In this document: positions 40,751 through 54,537 of the stretch, piece after piece
How positions within the stretch are numbered: the stretch's first letter is position 1
Layout: every line of letters starts with the position of its first letter
Assembly: GCF_001194135.2 (NCBI RefSeq)
Contig: NC_068986.1
Span: forward strand, 35,984,979 to 36,048,978
Direction of reading: 5' to 3'
Source: Octopus bimaculoides
Taxonomy: Eukaryota
DNA: 64,000 nucleotides
The notes under the pieces: model-generated
Seen by the model: only the letters and a program-made list of their open reading frames with translations
What the model was told of the DNA's origin: nothing
Databases searched by the model: none
Program-made: the position numbers and the translations under genes

Positions 40751-41604
40751 TCAATTTTTATTCCTAGAAGTGCTTTAAAATGTTATGCTTATACATGCTT
40801 ATACTAATTGCTTAGATACTGTTTGGATTGAGTGATTATAACTAAGTCCATTTTTTGTGGTGATTGCTGTCAGAATTCGGACATTCTTTGAAAGCATTGA
40901 CTGTACTTGTTAGCGCTGGAAGGGATGTCAAAATCGTTAGCTTTACTACTCAATGGCTGAAGAAGGGGGTGCCCGTAGTGCAAGATGTTTGGAAAATAAA
41001 ATAGTCAACTCACGATTTTGGGTGAAAGTGAAATAAACGTGATATGACTACTGGCCACATAAAACATCAATAATGGAAAGCATTGCTTAAAGAATGAAAA
41101 TAAGTACATCTATCGGTAATTAAGACGCACAAGAAAACAAATAATTGAATATCTATATATTCACATAATTACTTTTAATAATATGTAAATATTAAATATA
41201 TTTTTGTTTTGATAAGCGGAGAATTTAATTTACAAATTTATATTCAGAAACTATGTCGATTTCTATTAATTGAAATCAATAAAGCCAGATAGCAGTGTAT
41301 ATTTGACTGTTAATTTTCTCAAATATCGACAATTTGGAATGAAACACTTTTATTTTATTCACCTAAAATCTTCTTTCAATGTCCTTTTCTCAAGTAATTT
41401 AAAACATATTACGTATGAATATATGAATATAAGAATGAAACATTGTATGTGAAATTAATTCTGTACAAGTAAAGCAGTATGATAGGAGGAAAATGTCATA
41501 CCCTGAGCATGCAAAATATTAACACAAATAGTCAAAGAGCGATGTAAATGCTATACCGTGAAATCAAAATGCTTTTTTTTTTAATATTCGTCATCGGAGA
41601 TTGT

Positions 41605-41692
41605 ATTGTTGTTGCTGTTCGCACTCCGTCGCTTACGACGTCGAGGGTTCCAGTTGATCCGATCAAGAGAACAACCTGCTCGTGAAATTAAC
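41605..41692 (+). mobile_element. Short interspersed-repeat fragment abutting the mariner remnant
   Basis: tccgtcgcttacgacgtcgagggttccagttgatccgatcaa...gctcgtgaaattaac resembles a common octopus SINE/MITE segment and ends abruptly where the transposase sequence starts. Confidence 0.5.
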
Positions 41693-42142
41693 CTCAATCA
41701 AGAGCATGTTCATCGATTCTTTCAACATCCATAGTATTGTGCATCGAGAATGTGTCAGTCGGGAGTTCTACTGCAACGTTTTCCAGCGTTGAGGGAGGAC
41801 ATTCGGCGAAAGCGACCGATTCCTGTGCAGCGGGAAGAATTGGATTCTTCATGACGACAATGCACTTTGTCACCAAGCTTTTCTCACTGGTGAGTTTCTG
41901 GCCCAAAACGACATGGTATTGCTTCTGCACCCGCCCTATTCGCCAGATTTAGGACATGCAAATTTATAGTCATTCTCCATGAAACGACTCCTAGGGCGGA
42001 TTCCAAATGTGGCAGAAATACTGGGACCAGTGTATTGCTGCAAAAGATAGCTATTTCGAAGGAGACGATGTTAAAACTTGGGCAAATAACATTTTTTTTG
42101 TTAAATATAACTAGTCCAGGAACGTTTTGATACCACCTCATA
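41693..42142 (+). mobile_element. Mariner (Tc1/mariner) transposon 3' part with internal deletion and right TIR
   Basis: Fragments SMFIDSFNIHSIVHREC, EFYCNVFQRL, REDIRRKRP, WILHDDNALCHQAFLTGEFLAQNDMVLLLHPPYSPDL and WDQCIAAKDSYFEGD are hallmark mariner transposase motifs. Ends ...ccaggaacgttttgataccacctcaTA. Confidence 0.92.
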
Positions 42143-43467
42143 CTAACAAATACCCAACATCAATACATATGATTTAATATACACTGGAAGCAAAGACATT
42201 ATCACGAACCTTTAAATAGACGACAAATTTCAATATTTAGCCTTGCGTAAATCCTAAATTACATTTTATAACAAGATAAATTACTAACACCAGATGCAGA
42301 TTAATTAACCTTAGTAAAAACGAATTAGGTATATTTAGCAAGAACATGAGCCATCCAATCATACTTGGAACAAACAGAATGCAATTTATCTTCCATTATG
42401 GAATAATAGTGTGTTTCTAATAGAAGTGTTCGACGATATCAAAATGGAAAAAAAAAAGAATAAATTGGGCATTTACTCATTTTGATATCATAGAGAGTTA
42501 TCCTTCCGTTTGTAAACCACGTTTTCATTAAGCTTCACATTTTTATAGAAATATAATATTAATACCTTGCATGCTTGGGGATAAAATAAATACCTTTTTC
42601 ATAAAAAAAACGGAAGAAACTGCTTTGATGTTTCCTTGAAGTCATATGATGCAGTTAAATAGTGCGAAATAATTGAAAATTATTATATTTTGGACCGTCA
42701 TAAAACGAATTTCTCTAAATTGTGAGGCGGTTTATACGGAGAAATTGGTCTATTCAATTGCGTAAAATGAGCTGCTACCTCCAAATAGATTTAGAAAATA
42801 CGTTTTACGTTTTGCCAACACTAATATAAATAAGTCAATTTTTTGCGTGTTACTTTACATTTATCGCACTAATCTCTTGTCTAAGAACAGACCTAGAAAT
42901 CTCCTACGACATTATGCATTGCTACGTTTAAATCTCTGTTCTCATAATGCTGGAGCCTTCTTCAAGAAAATTTTTTCCCATTTCATTAAAAATCACCATA
43001 TTTTTAAAAGACAATCCCACGATTAATGTAAACTATTCTCGTAATAATTTAGCTAGTGCAATCTTGAATGCTACAAACCTATGAATAATAACGTTTCAAA
43101 GGTTTTGATCTACAGTGCAAAAGATTAACAAGCAGCAGATCAATGCTATATTTGGCTTAACACAAAATTCATTTAAATTCTGATATCATCAACCATTCAA
43201 TGCGCTACAATGTTTCCAAAATACATTAGTTATTTGTACATATTTGATATTTAGAAGAAATAGGGATATTGAGTTAATCCTTATGTTCTTGTAAATTTTG
43301 GTTCCGATTTGTGCTGCCAATTTGTTTAAAGGAAAACTGGCACTCTAAATTCAAGTTGATAATAATTCCATTGACCGGTCGGAAATTTTTGGTGTTTGTA
43401 AAGATACTGTGAAGAATTTCGTACTTTAGCCTTTTAAACCATGGAGCGCAGTAACCTATATATATAT

Positions 43468-43748
43468 GAGAAAGTAGAGAGGTAACTAATAAATTATTAT
43501 TTATTAATTAAGGAATTGACAAACGTCTTTACAGCTGTTTCAATTCCAGACCTTCAGAAAATTAATTAGTAAAATTAAAAATTATTTGTAAGCCGAATCT
43601 CATTAGCCGTTTACTCAACATGCAGGAATTGAACACCTATTTTGCACATATTAAATTACATTTCCTGAGATTCGAATTTCAAAACTTTTTAATTAATAAT
43701 TTTATTAATTAATAAATAGTAATTTATTAATTAACTCTCTATTTTCTT
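43468..43748. repeat. Element with ~44 bp terminal inverted repeats and an internal decayed hammerhead-like motif
   Basis: 43468-43511 matches the reverse complement of 43705-43748 at about 39/44 positions by hand count. Minus-strand CTGAAGG-TCTGGAATT-GAAAC-AGCT-GTA at 43528-43557. Confidence 0.7.
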
Positions 43749-43827
43749 ATGATAACAAATAAATATACATAAACGAGTGCTTTCATAGGATTTTGCTATC
43801 TCTGAATGAGGTCTTTCCCCTTTATTC

Positions 43828-43862
<35 letters not shown>

Positions 43863-45367
43863 AACGTTACGCAATGAAAGTTAATTCTAAAAACGAAAGA
43901 GTAAAACTATGCATGTTCCTTTTTAGAAGACCTGATTCAATGGTTGTCGTTCGATAATTTGAAAATAAATTCATTGTCCTGCAGATCGACAAACAAACGG
44001 ACTCACAGAGGCATACATAAACAAAAGAATGTAGGCACAAACACATATTCTCATTAAATATGTTTCGACCTCTAACATGACAAGTTTTAAGTCAACAATG
44101 TTCCTGTAATGCCATTAGATATGTTCTGCGTTTCTGTAGTAACGGCTAAATAATCAAATCAGTTTGAAGTCAACATCAACCGCTTAAATGATTTAAGTTT
44201 GGAAAATTTCTATAAATTTTACGAAATGTTTATAAACATTTTAAAAGTTCACCTTTGCAATGTCAAATGTCCATCGTTCATATTACCGCACTTAAAGTAT
44301 TCCGATAAACAAAAGTTTAGTGATATCGGAGAAAAAACTTGTGCCGTTAGAAAATATCCATTAAAGCGCATAAAATTGGTGTATGCAAAATATAATGCAT
44401 TGTATGCACGCACATGTATGCTTTCTCTCAGCTGGGGGAACATAAGAAATTTCATATCTACTGATTTTGTAAAACATATCAAAGGGCAATAGACACATAG
44501 CTTTTAACCATACCGGTGTTGGTAAAAACCGATATTGAGGATTCGATAAAACTGCTTCTGTAAAACATCAGCTGACGACCTAATGGCTATCCAGTCATCG
44601 AGTTTACACAAATAATATTCCTTCAAATGTACCGAATTATACTCTTTACAGCTTTCACTCTAAAAGTACTAATATAGCTTCCAACATTCATATGTTGGGG
44701 TGGTGGAGATCTCAAATACAAAGGAGTCGTATGGGGTCCATATTGACATGCAGCGTGTCTTGCTTATTTTTTAAATTGCAAGTTTTAACCCTTGAAAAAC
44801 TGGCGATGCAAAACAGAACCCACCGATCTCAAACACTCCAACAATCTTTTAAAACGCGACACAAAGCTTATGACAACCTACCTTTTCACATTCAGTTCAA
44901 CCTCATGATGATTCAAAATGAACGACTGATTTTAGGAAAACTAGATGTGCCAAACTAAGAATGAAGTATGAAAGAAGAAATATCAAAGATCAAATATGTA
45001 CAAATTTGCGACTTGAATAGGTTTTTCAAAAGAAGCAATTCTCAATCTACGCAAATTAAATTTCTCCCTCTCTCTTTATATANNNNNNNNNNNNNNNNNN
45101 NNNNNNNNNNNNNNNNNNNNNNNNNNNNNNNNNNNNNNNNNNNNNNNNNNNNNNNNNNNNNNNNNNNNNNNNNNNNNNNNNNNNNNNNNNNNNNNNNNNN
45201 NNNNNNNNNNNNNNNNNNNNNNNNNNNNNNNNNNNNNNNNNNNNNNNNNNNNNTATATATATATATATATATAATTGTTTGCTAATATAATTTGACAAAT
45301 TTTGGTACGTTAGTGACATCTTTGTCCTGTATGCATGAATATGCATGTTACTGGATACACACACACA

Positions 45368-45412
<45 letters not shown>

Positions 45413-46904
45413 GTATGTTTTTATGTATATATCCAGTAACATACATATTCATACATACAGGAGAAAGACGTCACTAATGTACTACAAATTGTCAAATTAT
45501 ATTAGCCAACAGAAGACATCTATGATAACTGATGAAGCGGTTACGCTTAAATTATAATTCCTATACGTTTTGTTCATAGAATGAGAACGTATAAAAATAA
45601 CTTTATGTCCTGAAATTTTCTATGATATTGATTTTGAATAAATTTCACCCATAAATGTATTCAACTTTTGTTTCTCCTTTTGTGTTTTTTATTACAAAAT
45701 CGAGGCCATGTATTGAATTAGTACCTCATAAATTTACCAAAATTAATTTAATAATTCATTAAAAGTTATGTAAAAGCACACACACATATATACATTTACA
45801 CCCTCATACAAACACACACAAACACACACACACACACACGCGCACACACACGCATACATATGTCAGAAATTTGAACTCATTTCGTTAAACAGTGTAACGG
45901 AAAAATTAACGAAAATTTAAATCATTAGCAAAGCGACAGTACTTTCTAGAAAGGAAATTGTAAATGGGTTAAATGTGTAATTGTAAATCATTTCAAATAC
46001 AATGCGTGGTTACAAATAAAAATTCCGGTGAATAGACAACTTTTTAACAAAGGTGATGTTAAATCTCTCAGGATCGCGAGTCGTGGAAGGGAGTATAGAA
46101 ACCAAAACTTGTTGAATAATGAAGGCCTGCACTAGCAAGATCAATGAGTCCCCCGACCCCCGGATGTTATTACTTCACAGTTGTCTTTGAAACCATGTCA
46201 TCTTGTATTTTAAGATGAATTTATCTTAGTGTTACAGACCGCCATCGAAGACCATGGCAAAGTCACTTATACCACATCAAATCGTAAAGAAATTTATAAC
46301 TTCATCCAAATTAATTCAAATAAATTTATGATCATATATCATTGGAGAATTATTTTCTTTCTCTTTGGCCATAAAACTTTTCGGACTTAAGTTATAGACG
46401 AATTATCATTTTTTCTGAATTATAATTAAATGCTTTTACAAATAAATACCAAATATAACGTAACAAAGAATAAAACATGAAATATGTAAATAATAGGTAA
46501 ATATGCGAATATATAAGAGCAAATTCAATCAAAATACCCGATATATGATATATAGTATTTGGTCAACCATTATCATTATTTCAAACTGGAATCTGAAGAA
46601 AGAGCTCACAATTGTTAAATTAAAAAAAAAAGTCAGGTTCTTTTCACTCCAAAATCTTAGAGTTCCCCGAGTGTATTACTCACATATTACAAAACTAACC
46701 TTTTGGCTTTTAGACAAATATAGGTTATAGCTACCTGCCAGACTAACTCCACGCCAAGAACCATCCATCTACCAACAAATCATATCCTTTTGTATTTACA
46801 CGCTTGGTAAAACGTATAGACATGGACAAAATCTATAAAAACATACACAAAAATATATAAGTATATATAATGAAAATATGTAGTGACTATTATCTATGCC
46901 TTGT

Positions 46905-47191
46905 ATTGTACACACACACATACACACACTCACACACATACATACATATGCACACATATATACGATTATATGTATACACATATATACGCATGCATATATA
47001 TATATATGTACACATATACATGTATATGCACGCACACACATATGCATACATTTTGATGAACATAAATATATGTAAATGCATATATGTAGACATATACATG
47101 TGCACACATATGCACAAATATATATACAAGTATATATATATAAATGCATGTATGTATCCATACATGTGCACACATATGCACAAATATATGC

Positions 47192-47243
<52 letters not shown>

Positions 47244-47300
47244 NNNNNNNNNNTATATATATATATACGTATATATTCATACGCATTTACATACACAAGA
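46905..47300. repeat. Degenerate alternating purine-pyrimidine (CA/TA) array with an internal ~68 bp duplication
   Basis: taaatgca...tacatgtgcacacatatgcacaaatata occurs starting at about 47073 and 47141. Confidence 0.85.
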
Positions 47301-47416
47301 ATTATATCTCGTGTATAACACAAAAATATCTTATACGTCTGTCCCACTAGCAGCAAAAAAAAAAAAATTCAAACTAGTGCGAGGACGTGTAATTAACTTC
47401 ACCAGTTTTGACTTAC

Positions 47417-47470
47417 AGGAGCCCTCTTTCTCCTCCTCTTCGGTGAATTTAGAATAAAAGACTTATTCAT
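47417..47470 (-). CDS. Candidate first coding exon MNKSFILNSPKRRRKRAP (phase 0)
   Basis: ATG at 47470-47468, 18 open codons, then donor CCT|gtaagtc. Lies downstream (on the minus strand) of a GA/CT-rich, CpG-containing stretch at about 47700-47940. The link to BAIAP3 is inferred from strand and phase only. Confidence 0.45.
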
Positions 47471-48149
47471 TCAGTCGTCTTGTTCCAACTATTTTTCAGA
47501 TAATTGAGAAGTCATCCATGAACAATAAAACCATTGAATATTGATTGCGTTAGTCTGGTCGCAAGTTATTATATCCTGTCCGCTGATAGTCTTGAATTTA
47601 AAATAACCAAAAATGTTGTTCGTCAGGTAAAAGAGGAATCTATATTGCTATATCAGAATGCTAGCCATAATTGGTTTATTTTTTGACAAATCACGTGTTA
47701 TTTGAGAGAGAGATAGTGAGAGAGAGGTTGGAAGAGAGATAGAGAGAAGGAAGGAGAAAGAGACACACCGAGAGATGGAATATATTCTACTCTCGCTCAG
47801 TATATAGCAGTTTATAGAAACGCAAGTAAACTGCGCCTCTCGGGATTGCTTGGGATTCTCGACCTGATGGAAATAACAGTTGCATTTTCTCTTGTCACAC
47901 ATTATAGCCGTTACAAAGCGACAGGATGCCACAGAAACTATGTATTAAACGTAGAGAAGAAGAGAGATATACTGGGTAGCTCTTTGATTGATATATAAAA
48001 TCAGTATAATCCTAAGGTTAAATAGAAACAATAATAACAAAAATGTCTCAGGGGATAAAACGAAATAAAGAAAAACAGTGGGAATCTGAAAGGCAAAAAT
48101 AATGACAATAAAAATAACACTTTTTACTGGAGGTGCAAGGCTTCAGATT

Positions 48150-48345
48150 TGTGGGCAGGGAATTACTCGATTACATCTATCCCAGTGCTTCACTAGTACT
48201 TAATTTATCGACCCCAAAAGGATAAAAGGCAAAGTTGACCTCGGTGAAATTTGAACTCAGAACGTAGGGACGAACGAAATGTCAAACCTTTTGCCTGGCG
48301 TGCTAACGATTCTGCCAGCTCACCACCTTAATAATAAGGATAATA
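48150..48345 (-). mobile_element. tRNA-derived SINE (third family), next to a (TAA)n tract
   Basis: Reverse complement ggtggtgagctggcagaatcgttagcacgccaggc...gttctgagttcaaatttcaccgaggtcaactttgccttttatccttttggggtcgataaattaagtac. A head fragment is at 30168-30210 (+) and a degenerate copy at 13210-13380. Confidence 0.8.
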
Positions 48346-48356
48346 ATCTCACCGCC

Positions 48357-48447
<91 letters not shown>

Positions 48448-48570
48448 TGATGATGATAACAATAATAATAGTTGCTTACTTATCAACCCATAATGCCACT
48501 TTGATTCCAGAATCGTAACTAAAGAGAAAGAAAAATAAACAAAGGAAAATAAAAAACAACCACCAAAGTT

Positions 48571-48879
48571 TGAAATAGGATGAATTTAGACCATGTGAAC
48601 AGTAAAGGTCGTGCTTATAATAACTGGTGCGTTGGAAACAGTAAGCCAAGATATAAGCAAATGGTTGAATGAGATTGAAGTAACCCGGTAGAGCTCCTAC
48701 AGAATGTTTGTCTCTTAGGGACAGCAAGGATTACCAAGAGGGTTCTAAGCACTTGAAAGACTGCTGAAAACTTGTGAATACCTAAGGTTGCAGGTAGTAA
48801 CCCGCTATCCACATGGTTCATACCAGGAATACCACCGAACCTGAGCCAAATCATCATCATAATCAAAATAATAACATTA

Positions 48880-48880
<1 letters not shown>
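48571..48880 (+). mobile_element. 3' end of a non-LTR retrotransposon with restriction-like (REL) endonuclease (R2/R4/NeSL/HERO-type), plus 3' UTR and simple-repeat tail
   Basis: TVKVVLIITGALETVSQDISKWLNEIEV, then after a frameshift ELLQNVCLLGTARITKRVLST*, matching the (V)xPxxxGALG...LQKxxLLGTARILR C-terminus of REL elements. Confidence 0.8.
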
Positions 48881-48968
<88 letters not shown>

Positions 48969-49614
48969 TAGCTCGTATGTAAAATTTGTAATTCTTTTCG
49001 GGAGAAAATTTCCAATTTATCTAAATTGATTATAATATGATTTTATTCAAGAACATAAATAACTAACTCCTATCACAAATGGAAAACAAAAAGACTCGAG
49101 GGAAAGCTTGTCAAAATAACTTTGGTAGGAGAGTACACGTACATTTGAAATGAATATTACAAACTCCGTATACCATGATCTATATTTATATAGTAACAGT
49201 AAATTAAAAGTGCAACCACGCAAAAAAAAAAAAGATATGAATTCTAGTAAAAGAAAAAAAAAATTGCCAGCATTGAAACTAAGAATAGAGAAACTATGAA
49301 TAGAGAAGTAAATCACATAAACATTAACATGAACACTTACGTGCGTGTGTGTATGTGTGTGTATCTTTCTATCTACAAACACGCACTCACACACACACAT
49401 AGCTATATATGTATATATGTATACATACAGACACACATACATACACACTCTATATACATGCATGCCTTCAAAACATACAGAACGTTTAGCTTCACACATG
49501 TCTACATATAAACATGTGTGCTATGTACTCATACGTTTACCAAAATATGATGTGCTTGTATAAGCACTGATCCTTGATTGACAGATAAGAAGATGTACAA
49601 TACATGCCTGTGAC

Positions 49615-49730
49615 ATACTCTTTTACTTGTTTCAGTCATTTGGCTGTGGCCATGCTGGAGCATTTAGTCGAAGAAATCTATCGCAGGACTTATTCTTTGT
49701 AATACTAGTACTTATCCTATCGGTCTCTTT
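49615..49730 (-). mobile_element. 3' end fragment of the same SINE family
   Basis: ctcttttacttgtttcagtcatt...ggacttattctttgtaatactagtactta matches the reverse complement of the 54830-54930 tail. Confidence 0.75.
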
Positions 49731-49899
49731 TTAAGTTTGACGTAATTTTCATACATTTAATCATTAAAAATGAAATCTTATTTAAAGAGATTCGGGTATT
49801 TTCTTTATCTGATAGTTTAATTTAGCAATTATTTTTTAATGAAATTCTATGTGCTGAGTCTCAAAGAAAGAAACGTGAATTTAGAGAAACTTAGCTTGA

Positions 49900-50230
49900 T
49901 GCCGTATACATTCCGTTCACTGTTGCAAGAGCAAGTTGATTCCAGTGTTGATGCTTTGGGGACGAAGTACTGTGCAGAAACCTTAACATGAAGTCGGGAG
50001 TGGACAAAATAAGTGTGATGTGAGGAGGAGAGATATCAGCTAACAATAAGAGAAAGAGTTTATTATAGTAGTGAGCGAGAGAAAGATGTATTTGAAGGCA
50101 CGTTTTTGGCAAGAGACCGAAGCATGTTTCTAATGTAATACCAGTCAACTGAGGACTTCTTTATTGGATGCAGTTTGGTATGCCAGTGTGCGTGGCAACA
50201 GAACCATCTCAGATTGAGGAGCAACTTCTT
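49900..50230 (-). mobile_element. Decayed L2/CR1-like LINE, extreme RT C-terminus
   Basis: Minus-strand LSLAHYYNKLFLLLLADISPPH...HWNQL resembles the LSLFYRYYxG.CSxELAxLxPP...LWNxL motif. Confidence 0.45.
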
Positions 50231-51479
50231 TATAAATATAATATAAGAGTTATAAATATAATATAATATAATATAATATAATATCACCACTTAAAAATGG
50301 AAGATTTAATCCATCATCTGGAAACACTATCCCTACCACCATCGTGAACACTTAGTGGTTTTGTCTCATTTTTACAGTTCACTCATTTGTAGGCATATCT
50401 ATTATTAGGGAGTTGACACATGAAACGTGATATATTCATCAGTGTGTTTAAATAGTTAATCAATGATGCACTCTATAGACGGACTCGTGTGTATTGTCAT
50501 TCCTCCCTTCATTTAGCCATGAAATACAACTACAAGAGAATAATAAAGGAATTTTTCTCTAGGCAGCTTAGCATCTCTAAAATAGAAACAACAATAAAGT
50601 CATCGCCACCAGGCTTTTCCAGATTGGCACATCAGCTGCGCGCAATACAATCCTGTATCATACCTAACACTTTCGAATATAGTGTTCGGAATATACAAAT
50701 TTACAAATACACAGAGACATACACGTATACGTAGATGCGCATACATACACGCGAAATACCTATCTATACTGACATATCTACTAACGTCTCTACTGTTGCA
50801 TGAATATACAAGCATGCATTTTAACATAGTACGATCGTATTACTGATAGAAATATACACAACATATGTTAATGAGTATCATAGTAATCCTTCATAATCAG
50901 AAGAATAGCAATTTAGATGATAAAACACGTAAAATCCAAAATATCGTATTTACCATTTCTCAAGCTTCAGGTCCGCGCCATACTGGGGCACAAAGGGACA
51001 TAATTTCCTTATAATGGAATGAAAACTTAATGTGTTTATGCGATTGCATCTTGAATACGCTTTATATAAAAAAATTCCGCGACGTTGATGTCACATTGTC
51101 AGCTCAGATATTTTTTGTAAATCTTTAGTAAAATTAAAACAGCTTGACTGTGTATTAACACAATATAATTTCCAGGAAGAATAAACAATACTAGACTAAT
51201 TTGAAGAGGGATTTCCTTTTATCTTCTTCCAGTGTGCACACTTTATTGTTCTGATTTTACTGATTTTACTTTAGATAATGCTACTTTTCTGTATTATATA
51301 CCTATACAAGAATGCACAGACACACACGTATACGCGCGCACACACATACAAACGTATTTGTTTTTAATCCATATCACATGACACTTCACAAGATATCTAG
51401 TGCAAAAGTAGTATATGAGGAATTATAAACCTTCGCAAAAAAGAGTAAATTTGGTAATTTCGTTAATTGTAAGGATATA

Positions 51480-51900
51480 AGCGAACAAATTAGAGAGGTT
51501 TGTCATAGTAGAGTCAAATAGGAGGTAGGTTTCTATGAGTATAAGTATGTGGTTATTGTAAAAATCTGCAGAGGATGGAGTTAAACTGAAGGTAGGATAG
51601 GATCTGTATTTCAGGATTGCTGAGTAGTATATTAGTTGTCATTAGTTTATTGGTGAAATAGGCTTCTGGAATTTCGATAGCTCCTTGTCGAAGCGGTGAA
51701 TGATACCAACACACTGATTGTGAATTAAAATATTTTTATGGATATCTGGGATATCTGGTGTTCTATGCTGTTAAGACCTTTATACTGAATAGCATCAAAG
51801 GATCATCGAAATTTTTAAATATAACATCAAGGTTCATTGAGTGGTGTTAAAGATTGTAAATATACATATCCGTCATAAATATTCTGTGCTAATTGGTGGA
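51480..51900 (-). mobile_element. Possible decayed Penelope-like 3' (GIY-YIG/LTR) region
   Basis: Composition and fragmentary motifs only (EH..I...F...ISVL; ELxKFQKPISPIN). No intact frame. Confidence 0.3.
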
Positions 51901-54537
51901 ACATAGAGTAATAAACGCGTCATACGCAATGAATGACGTTGCACATCACATTTTACAGAGCTTCCAAGGTTTGTTGGACGGAGAGAGAATGAGAAACTAG
52001 CCTCATGAAACTTGTAAAATTCAATCTTACTTTATTAAGAACATACAGCGCTCAGAAACTGGTGTCAAACTCGGTGATGGTGGATTAGAATATCATAATG
52101 CAAGTAATCGCAACAGTACCGTACGATATTTCTTCTGATGCTATAACGGCGTAACCAGGCTGCCTCTACACACACGTTCGCAAACACAATATTTCATATC
52201 AATGGAAACTTGAAAAATTTTAAAGAATACGAAGAGAAAACATAGCATGCAGAAACTCGAGTCATGTTTTTCAATGCCATGATTATCCTATATTTTTATT
52301 TCCTGATTATGGACGTAACATTAAAAATAGCGTAATAGTTTTTCATGCGTTTAGCACATATTTGCAACGTAATTGTTAAGAAATTAAAAAGATTTTATTG
52401 CAGCACTTAATAGACATTTAGAGTCTATTTAAAACTTTCTTAAATGTAATTGGAGGAGTTTAATGTGATGTAATTCAGCCATTGAGAGACAGTTAAAAAT
52501 ATCAAAAACGAAATAAAATATTGATCTGTCTTAAGCTAGTGGTGGTGTTTCACGTACGTGAATCAGTTTATCTTTCCTGCCACTAAGCTTAAGATGAGTA
52601 CTAGAAAAATAACTGTTACAATTTCTCATAATAATCTATGCAAGACCTACTACAAAGCAAACATAACTTATTACCGGAACAATGTCTGGTAAATTACTTT
52701 ACTTCATTAAATATTCATTTAAAATTGACCTCATTATAGCATGTTTTTAGAAAGCTATGTGTGCACCGTCATTGCAACGTCATATACTGTCGTTATGAAA
52801 ATCTTATGGAGACATCACTGTTAGTTATGAAGAATGGGTAATTTAGACTAAATTATGGTAATATCCTTTATATCGCTAATGCTTGTGAGAAACGGAAGAC
52901 AATATGTGCTATATTTGTTGCCCTGCAAATCCAAAACATGATAAATTGCATTTATAATTGATAATAAATAGATCGCATTTATAATTGGGACATTTAACTC
53001 TCAAACAGAAGATATTGTGTTCCACTAGTTACTTTATATGAATCTAGATAATGAGGAATTTCAACCCAGAAAGTAGCGCGTGGGAAGAAATGCCACTAAG
53101 CATTTACTCTGACTCCTAACAATTCTGCTTGCATTATCCTTTAATCACCAGCTTAATAATGACAACGATTTTTTTTTTGTCTACATTCTTCATTACTTTA
53201 AAAATTAATTGAAATTCAGTCAGTGAATTTCTAGAAAAATATGGTAACAAAATGATAAAGTAATCATATATTTACGAAACAGAGAAGCAACTATTGATAG
53301 ATTTCAAAAATGGTTAAGCTTATGCAATGTTTTATAATGTCGCCAAGTTTCGCAAATTCGAGAAAATATATTTATCCTACGAAATTCTTCAGGATGTAGG
53401 CTTTAACGAAAGGGAATTGTTCTGGAAACGCCACAAGTAAAGGACAGGAGAGTTATAAACAGATTAAAGTTTCTTTACATTTCCGAAGATGAAATTAAGA
53501 TGCAACTAGAATATGATTATCAAAAGAAAACCAACAAAAGCAAAGCCATTCGTTGTTGGGGCCGAGAGATGAGACTTTCTGCACAAGCTAGAAAAATGGA
53601 TTTTACACTATCAGTCATACATTAAGAAACTCTACAAAAGAAAAACCAAGTTTACATTTAATATTGATATATAAATTGGATTTTCGAAATATAAAGGCAA
53701 ACGTTTACTGTATCAAACTAAAAACATGATGTTTACACTAAGCATCGCCTTTCAAGGGAGATAGCACTATGTTTATTCAACCAATATTCTCAATCTTGCT
53801 GGATTCCAATAATGCATCGTCAATCGTGTTTGCAGTAGAAATCTGACATGGCCTCAAGGAAATATTAAATTTTTAATAGCATTACATTTAGTAATTCTAT
53901 GCTGCGTATAGAATTGGACTCTTCCCATTATGAATTCAATAGTCGAACTACACTTAATAATGTTTTTCTTCTGGAAAGCAAGCTTCTCAGAACTTGTTTC
54001 CATGAGATTATAATTAGTAAAATCGAAATTTCGTCGCAATCAGCCTGATTATGGGGTTACAAATTCGACAATTTATATTGACGTTATTTAATATGAGAAT
54101 GAATTCAACCAATAAAAGTTTATTTAAATACAAAAATGCGTGGGAATTAAACAATACGATTCTAAGCATTAAGGTTAGCTTATGTCTTCTCAGAAAATTA
54201 AGGAGTCTTTCGCAATTTTCCTAGAGAAAAAGTTGGATTTTTCCACAGATTTTAAATGAAACAAATACCACATAAGACTTTCAACAATACTTTTAAGAAA
54301 CGAAAGGTTTATATAACGTAGCTTGTGTATAGACTTTATTCATTGTTCAGTAATATCAAGATACTAGAATATTATCGGTCGTATGACGGGTACATTTGGT
54401 AGTACACTTTTTCCATCATCGGTAACATCAGAAAATATGGAATACATGCAATAATCATAACATAACTTGCATCAAAATTCTTTCGTGATTAAATGTATTC
54501 TCAGTTTTGAAGGGAAAACAATTACCTTAAAATTATT

